The notes under the pieces are model-generated. The model did no database searches, was not told the DNA's origin, and saw nothing but the letters and a program-made list of their open reading frames with translations. Below are positions 59,457 through 64,000 of a DNA stretch of 64,000 nt, one piece after another. Made by a program: the position numbers and the translations under genes. Where the stretch lies: the NCBI GenBank assembly GCA_965248575.1, contig CBDFJQ010000002.1, forward strand, positions 4,256,001 through 4,320,000, written 5' to 3'. This DNA comes from Planctomycetota bacterium (GTDB lineage: Bacteria > Planctomycetota > B15-G4). Position 1 is the first letter of the stretch; each line of letters begins with the position of its first letter.

Positions 59457-60068
59457 ATGTTGCGTCGCGCCTGTTCTTCCTTGCTCGTTCTTGCTGCCGT
59501 CTTTGTCCTCGCTCCCACGAGCTCTGCCCAAGCCCTGGACAATCTGTGGTTCAAGGTCACGGCCTCGGTGAAGGGTGGTGCCGCCCTGGGTGGCAACGTC
59601 GATAACATCAAAGGCAAGGTGGTGGCCTACGTCTTCGTCACCGCCGATAAGGACATGCTCGCGGAGGGGGGCGGCGTCGCCACGACGCCCTACGACGCCA
59701 CGGTCATCAGCGAAGTGGAGCCGGACAACTGGCAGCTGGTGGACGCCTTCAGCTTTCTGACGGTGGGCAACGACGAACGCGTCATGGTGGGGCCGAGCCT
59801 CGGCGGCGCCGACGACGGAATCTCCATGGTCATGGAGCTCACCAGTGACCCCGTGCCCACCGAGGGCTCTCCGACCGAGTTCGTCCGGGTGGTCTTCACC
59901 GCCAAGACCAAGATCAAGACCGACAAGGAAGGCGCAGTGAAGAAGGCCAGCTTCAAGAGCCTGGGCGGCGTGGTGCCTAACGGCATCTCCGAGGGCGAAA
60001 CCCTCTTCGGTGGCGCCAAGCTCACCGGCAAGAGCGTGGACCCGTCCAAGCTGCCCTTCGATCTCTAG
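59457..60068 (+). CDS. Hypothetical secreted protein, paralog of 38723-39391
   Basis: Signal peptide; KTDKEGAVKKASFKSLGG...KLPFDL. Confidence 0.75.
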   Translation: MLRRACSSLLVLAAVFVLAPTSSAQALDNLWFKVTASVKGGAALGGNVDNIKGKVVAYVFVTADKDMLAEGGGVATTPYDATVISEVEPDNWQLVDAFSFLTVGNDERVMVGPSLGGADDGISMVMELTSDPVPTEGSPTEFVRVVFTAKTKIKTDKEGAVKKASFKSLGGVVPNGISEGETLFGGAKLTGKSVDPSKLPFDL

Positions 60069-60117
60069 GCTCGTTGAACTCAGGCCCCGGCGGCCTCTGG
60101 CCCCGGCGCGGCGGGCA

Positions 60118-60143
60118 CGGGCCCCGACTGCGGTCGGGGCCCG
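60118..60143. terminator. GC-rich hairpin between convergent genes
   Basis: CGGGCCCCGAC-TGCG-GTCGGGGCCCG, 11-bp perfect stem; no U-tract. Confidence 0.4.
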
Positions 60144-60169
60144 GCTTGCCGCTCATCCCGCCAGCTGAC

Positions 60170-60997
60170 TCAGTCAGTCAGCAACGTGCGCACCGACCAC
60201 AAGTCCGGGAAGGCCCGGCGCATGAGGGTGGTCTGCAGATAGCGGATGCCGTCGACGTTGCCCGTGGTGCCCTTGCCGGTGCCGGGTTTGTCGCCGATCT
60301 GGCGCTCGACCATCATCACGTGGTGGCGGCGCCAGAGGATCAGTTGCTCGTCCACCTCTACGAGGCCTTCGCAGAGCTCGTAGATGAGCGGGTGGTCGTC
60401 CGGTGAGTCGTAGATGGTCTTGAGCGCCGCCATGGTGGTGGCGTCCTGCTCTTCGCTGCGTGCCTCCCCCGGCGCGTGGACGTCGTAGCCCTTCTCGGCC
60501 AGGATCTTGTAGAGCTGGTCGGAGAGGCTCTCAGCCTCCATGCGTTTCAAGAGGTCGGGGTGGCGAGGATCGCCCTTGGTGAAGCTGGCGAGGCGCGCAT
60601 CCCTCAAGCCGAAGGCGGCCTCCACTTCGCGGAACTGCACGCTCTGGAAACCGCTGGCAGGGTTCAAGGCGGCGCGGAAGGCGAGGAAGTCCGCAGGGCG
60701 CATGGTCTCCAGCACGTGGATCTGGACCACGAGCACCTTCATGATCTCTTCGATGCGTCGGCAGAGGCGCAGGGCGTTGCGCAGGTCCGTGTCGCTGCCC
60801 GCCCTCAGCAAGCGCTGGATCTCGTCGATCTCGTGCCGCACCAGCTTGAACCACAGCTCGTACACCTGGTGCACGATGATGAACTGCAGCTCGTCATGCG
60901 CCTCGGGCTCGGTGAGGCACGTCTGCTGTTGCAGGAGCTCGGGCACCTTGAGGTAGCCGGAGTAGGTCAACTGCGAGTTCTTGCCGTAGGCGGTCAC
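60170..60997 (-). CDS. kynA: Tryptophan 2,3-dioxygenase
   Basis: LTYSGYL, HDELQFIIVHQVYELWFK, ASGFQSVQFRE, VERQIGDKPGTG, FPDLW motifs. Confidence 0.95.
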   Translation of the reverse strand: MTAYGKNSQLTYSGYLKVPELLQQQTCLTEPEAHDELQFIIVHQVYELWFKLVRHEIDEIQRLLRAGSDTDLRNALRLCRRIEEIMKVLVVQIHVLETMRPADFLAFRAALNPASGFQSVQFREVEAAFGLRDARLASFTKGDPRHPDLLKRMEAESLSDQLYKILAEKGYDVHAPGEARSEEQDATTMAALKTIYDSPDDHPLIYELCEGLVEVDEQLILWRRHHVMMVERQIGDKPGTGKGTTGNVDGIRYLQTTLMRRAFPDLWSVRTLLTD

Positions 60998-61094
60998 GAT
61001 GGACTCTCGATGTGGGGGCCTGCAGGGGGACTGCAGGGAAAAGATGCTGCCCGGACGTGGGCGTGCGGCGGTGTGCTGCGAGCGGCAGCCGCCC

Positions 61095-62297
61095 TCAGTA
61101 GGCGGCCGTGTCGCTCGCGTGCTCCTGCCACAGACCCTTGTCGAGGATCTCACTGACGCTGTCGAGGCAATGGTCTAACTCATCGTCCCGCGTGTAGAAA
61201 TGGGGAGAAATGCGCAGACCCACATCCGGGCGGCAATCGATGAGCACATCCCGGGCGGCCAGGGCCTTCACCACGGCGGGGGCGTGGTCCACGAGCACCG
61301 TGACCGTGCCGCCGCGGCGGGCCGGATCGAGGGGTGAGCGGGTCTTGAAGCCCTTCTCAGCAGCTCGTTCCAGGAAGCGCGTGGTCTGGCGCACGCTCTT
61401 GGCGCGGATGGCGTCCACCCCGATCTCGCCGATGATCTCGTAGCCCGAGCGCGCGGCGTAGAGGGCCGGCACTGCGGGGGAGCCATGCAACATGCGCGTG
61501 GCATCGTCGGCGTAGCGCTGGGGTCCCGTCTCGAAGGCAAAGGGCGCGGCGTGGGCCATCCAGCCCGTGAGGCCGGGCTCGAGGGTCGCCTGCAACTCCG
61601 GGTTCACAAAGAGGTAGCCGGCACCGGGGCCGCCACACAGCCACTTCACCGAGCCACCGCAGAGCATGTCCACGCCCAAGGCCTGCACGTCCAGCGGCAC
61701 CGTGCCCGTGGCTTGGTAGCAATCGGCGATCACCAGGGCACCCACCGAGTGGGCGTGCTTGATGATGGCCGCCAGATCCTGCTGGTAGCCGGTCTGGAAG
61801 AGCACATGGCTGATCGGGACGAGCAGGGTGCGCTCGTCGATGGCGTCCAAGAGATCCTGGGTCTCGACGCCGATGCCGTCGCGGCTGGCAACCTCCACGA
61901 TCTCGGCGCCGTGCCGACGCTGGGACTCCCAGGCGTACATGACCGACGGGAAGTTCATGGAGGTGTAGACGACCTTGTTGCGCTCGCCGCTGAAGTCGAA
62001 GCAGGAGGCGATCAGGCCCTGGATGACCGAGACGTTCTGGTGCATCACCACGCTGCCATCGGGGGCGTTGATGATGCGCGCGATGAGGTTGCCCGTGGTG
62101 ATGGGTGAGGTCCACCAGCCTTCGGACCAGGCGCGGATGCCGCGCGTGGCCCACATCTCGGCGTACTCGTGCAGGGCGTCGAAGACCTTGCGCGGCATGG
62201 CGCCGAGCGAGTGGTTCACCAGGTAGGTGGTGTTCTCGAGGATCGGGAACTCCTGGCGCCAGGCCAGCAGCTCGTCTTGTGTTTCGGTGGTGCTCAA
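61095..62297 (-). CDS. kynU: Kynureninase (class V PLP enzyme)
   Basis: YLVNHSLGAMP, NFPS, SHVLF, DCYQ, KWLCGGPG, GWMAH motifs; adjacent to TDO. Confidence 0.85.
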   Translation of the reverse strand: MSTTETQDELLAWRQEFPILENTTYLVNHSLGAMPRKVFDALHEYAEMWATRGIRAWSEGWWTSPITTGNLIARIINAPDGSVVMHQNVSVIQGLIASCFDFSGERNKVVYTSMNFPSVMYAWESQRRHGAEIVEVASRDGIGVETQDLLDAIDERTLLVPISHVLFQTGYQQDLAAIIKHAHSVGALVIADCYQATGTVPLDVQALGVDMLCGGSVKWLCGGPGAGYLFVNPELQATLEPGLTGWMAHAAPFAFETGPQRYADDATRMLHGSPAVPALYAARSGYEIIGEIGVDAIRAKSVRQTTRFLERAAEKGFKTRSPLDPARRGGTVTVLVDHAPAVVKALAARDVLIDCRPDVGLRISPHFYTRDDELDHCLDSVSEILDKGLWQEHASDTAAY

Positions 62298-63625
62298 CAG
62301 GCTGCCTCCACGTCGGCGATGGTCTTGGGGATGGAGCCGGTGAGGTTTTCGTGGCCGTCAGCTGTGATGGCCACGTCGTCTTCGATGCGGATGCCCATGC
62401 CGCGGAAGGCTTCCGGGGCGTCGGTGTCCTCGGCGTCCACGTAGAGGCCGGGCTCCACCGTGAGCACCATTCCGGGGGCGAGCACGCGCGAGGCGGGCTT
62501 GTCGCTCCCGCTACCATTCAGGGACGGCTCGAAGCGGCTGCCCACGTCGTGCACGTCGATGCCGAGCCAGTGGCTCGTTCCGTGCACCGTGTACTTCTTG
62601 GAGTCACCCGACTCGATCAAGGCGTCCACCTTGCCCTTGAGCAATCCCAGCTGGACCATGCCCTCGACCAGGGTGCGCGTGGCCAGCTCGTGCACTGAGT
62701 CGAAAGTGTTGCCCACAACAGCCTGGGCGCAGGCCTTCTCCTGGGCGTCGAGCACCACCTGGTAGAGGTCCTTCTGGGCACTGGTGTAGCGGCCCGAGGT
62801 GGGGAAGGTGCGCGTGACGTCTGCGGTGTAGCCCTCCAGCTCGCAGCCGGCGTCCAGCAGCAGCAGGTCGTTGTCACCTACCTTCATGTGGTTGGTGGTG
62901 TAGTGCAGCACGCAGGCGTTGTTGCCGCCGGCGCAGATGGTGGTGTAGCCGGGGCCCCAGCCGCCTTCGGCCCGGAAGGTGCCGTCCACGAGGGCCTCGA
63001 TGGCCCACTCGCCTACGCCTTCCTGCAGCGCCTTCATGGCGGCGCGGTGCGCCCGGTCGGTGATGGCCGCGGCGTGGCGCATGATGGCCAGCTCGTCGGC
63101 CGACTTGATCAGCCGCATCTCGTGCAGCAGCGTCGCCGGGTCGACGACGGTCATGGGTGAACGGCTGCCGTCCCTGGTCTTGGCGTGGGTCTTTTGCAGG
63201 CCGGTCAGCAACGTTCGGTCGAAGTCCGCGTCCATGCCCGTGCGGTAGTAGAGGGTGTCGGCACCCTTCAGCAGTTTTGGCAACTGCTCGTCCAGCTCGT
63301 CGATGCGATAGGCCTCGTCGGCGCCATAGAGTTCCTTGGCCCCTTCGATCCCGGCCCGGCGGCCGTTCCAGATCTCCAGCATCTTGTCCCGGGGGCGCAC
63401 GAAGAGCACGAAGCGCCCCTCGTTGCGGTTCGGCAGGAAGAGCGCCAGCGCGTCGGGTTCCGGGAAGGCCGTCAGGTACCAGAAGTCGGAGTCGGGCCGG
63501 AACTTGAAGTGCGTGTCGTTGCTGCGCACGCGCTCGGAGCCGGTGCGCACCAGGGCGATGCCGTTGTGGCTGGCCAAGGCGTCCATGAAGGCCGCGCGGT
63601 GCGCAGCTGCCATCGAAGTGTTCAA
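62294..63625 (-). CDS. pepP: Xaa-Pro aminopeptidase
   Basis: FRPDSDFWYLT, LHY, DAG...ADVTRT, HWLGIDVHD, TVEPGLY, GIRIEDD motifs. Confidence 0.93.
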   Translation of the reverse strand: MNTSMAAAHRAAFMDALASHNGIALVRTGSERVRSNDTHFKFRPDSDFWYLTAFPEPDALALFLPNRNEGRFVLFVRPRDKMLEIWNGRRAGIEGAKELYGADEAYRIDELDEQLPKLLKGADTLYYRTGMDADFDRTLLTGLQKTHAKTRDGSRSPMTVVDPATLLHEMRLIKSADELAIMRHAAAITDRAHRAAMKALQEGVGEWAIEALVDGTFRAEGGWGPGYTTICAGGNNACVLHYTTNHMKVGDNDLLLLDAGCELEGYTADVTRTFPTSGRYTSAQKDLYQVVLDAQEKACAQAVVGNTFDSVHELATRTLVEGMVQLGLLKGKVDALIESGDSKKYTVHGTSHWLGIDVHDVGSRFEPSLNGSGSDKPASRVLAPGMVLTVEPGLYVDAEDTDAPEAFRGMGIRIEDDVAITADGHENLTGSIPKTIADVEAAC

Positions 63626-64000
63626 TCGTTTCTCCGGGTGTTGAGCTCGGCGCTCACAGGTTTCTGGTTGGCGTCTTCGGTTGCGGTGACGGGCAGCGGG
63701 GCCGCCAGTTCGATGTCGCCGGGCGCGCCCATGAAGCCTCCGTCGGCATCCAGTCGCGCCGTGAGGTACAGCTGCCCGGCCAGGAGATCCTGCTTGTTCT
63801 CCACGTCCAGCGGAACATGTTCCACGCCTACGTCAAACTTCAGCGGGAACTGAGGCTTGTCCACCTGCAGCACGGCGCGCGGCATGCCTCGGGGCGCCGC
63901 CTTGTCCTTGATGATCACGAACAGAGTGCGGGTGCCGTTCAAGGCGGCGTGCTCTTCGGCCAGGGTCAGGGTGCCGCGGATGCGTGGGCCCAGCTTGGGT
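63622..64000 (-). CDS. Partial gene; C-terminus resembles the CcmI/CycH C-terminal Ig-like domain
   Basis: IRGTLTL...TLFVII...MPRAV...FPLKF...LTARLDADG; frame open to the window edge. Confidence 0.55.
   Translation of the reverse strand, partial: PKLGPRIRGTLTLAEEHAALNGTRTLFVIIKDKAAPRGMPRAVLQVDKPQFPLKFDVGVEHVPLDVENKQDLLAGQLYLTARLDADGGFMGAPGDIELAAPLPVTATEDANQKPVSAELNTRRND

Overview
GC-rich bacterial chromosomal window. The gene content (Ser/Thr kinase-WD40, BlaI/M56 pairs, FG-GAP and FGE-fold secreted proteins) suggests Planctomycetota; this taxonomy is an inference. Housekeeping and metabolic genes include a nitroreductase, Ser/Thr dehydratase, pgl, htpG, an addB/addA-like pair, a YceH-like protein, a creatininase-family protein, an aryl-CoA ligase, kynA, kynU and pepP. 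Three features stand out. (1) Two integron-like cassette arrays on the minus strand (about 39.7-42.7 kb and 50.6-51.8 kb). Each starts at an attI-like site with a shared 33-bp motif about 150 bp upstream, and there is no integron integrase in the window. Cassettes include a TM-pYEATS protein and a SLATT-like protein. (2) Five unrelated secreted proteins end in the same unnamed domain of about 120 aa, placed where PEP-CTERM usually sits, which makes it a candidate protein-sorting or anchoring module. (3) Two convergent BlaI-M56 modules have differently spaced operators. I found no rRNA, tRNA, CRISPR array, transposase or reverse transcriptase. All family calls come from motif recognition by eye.
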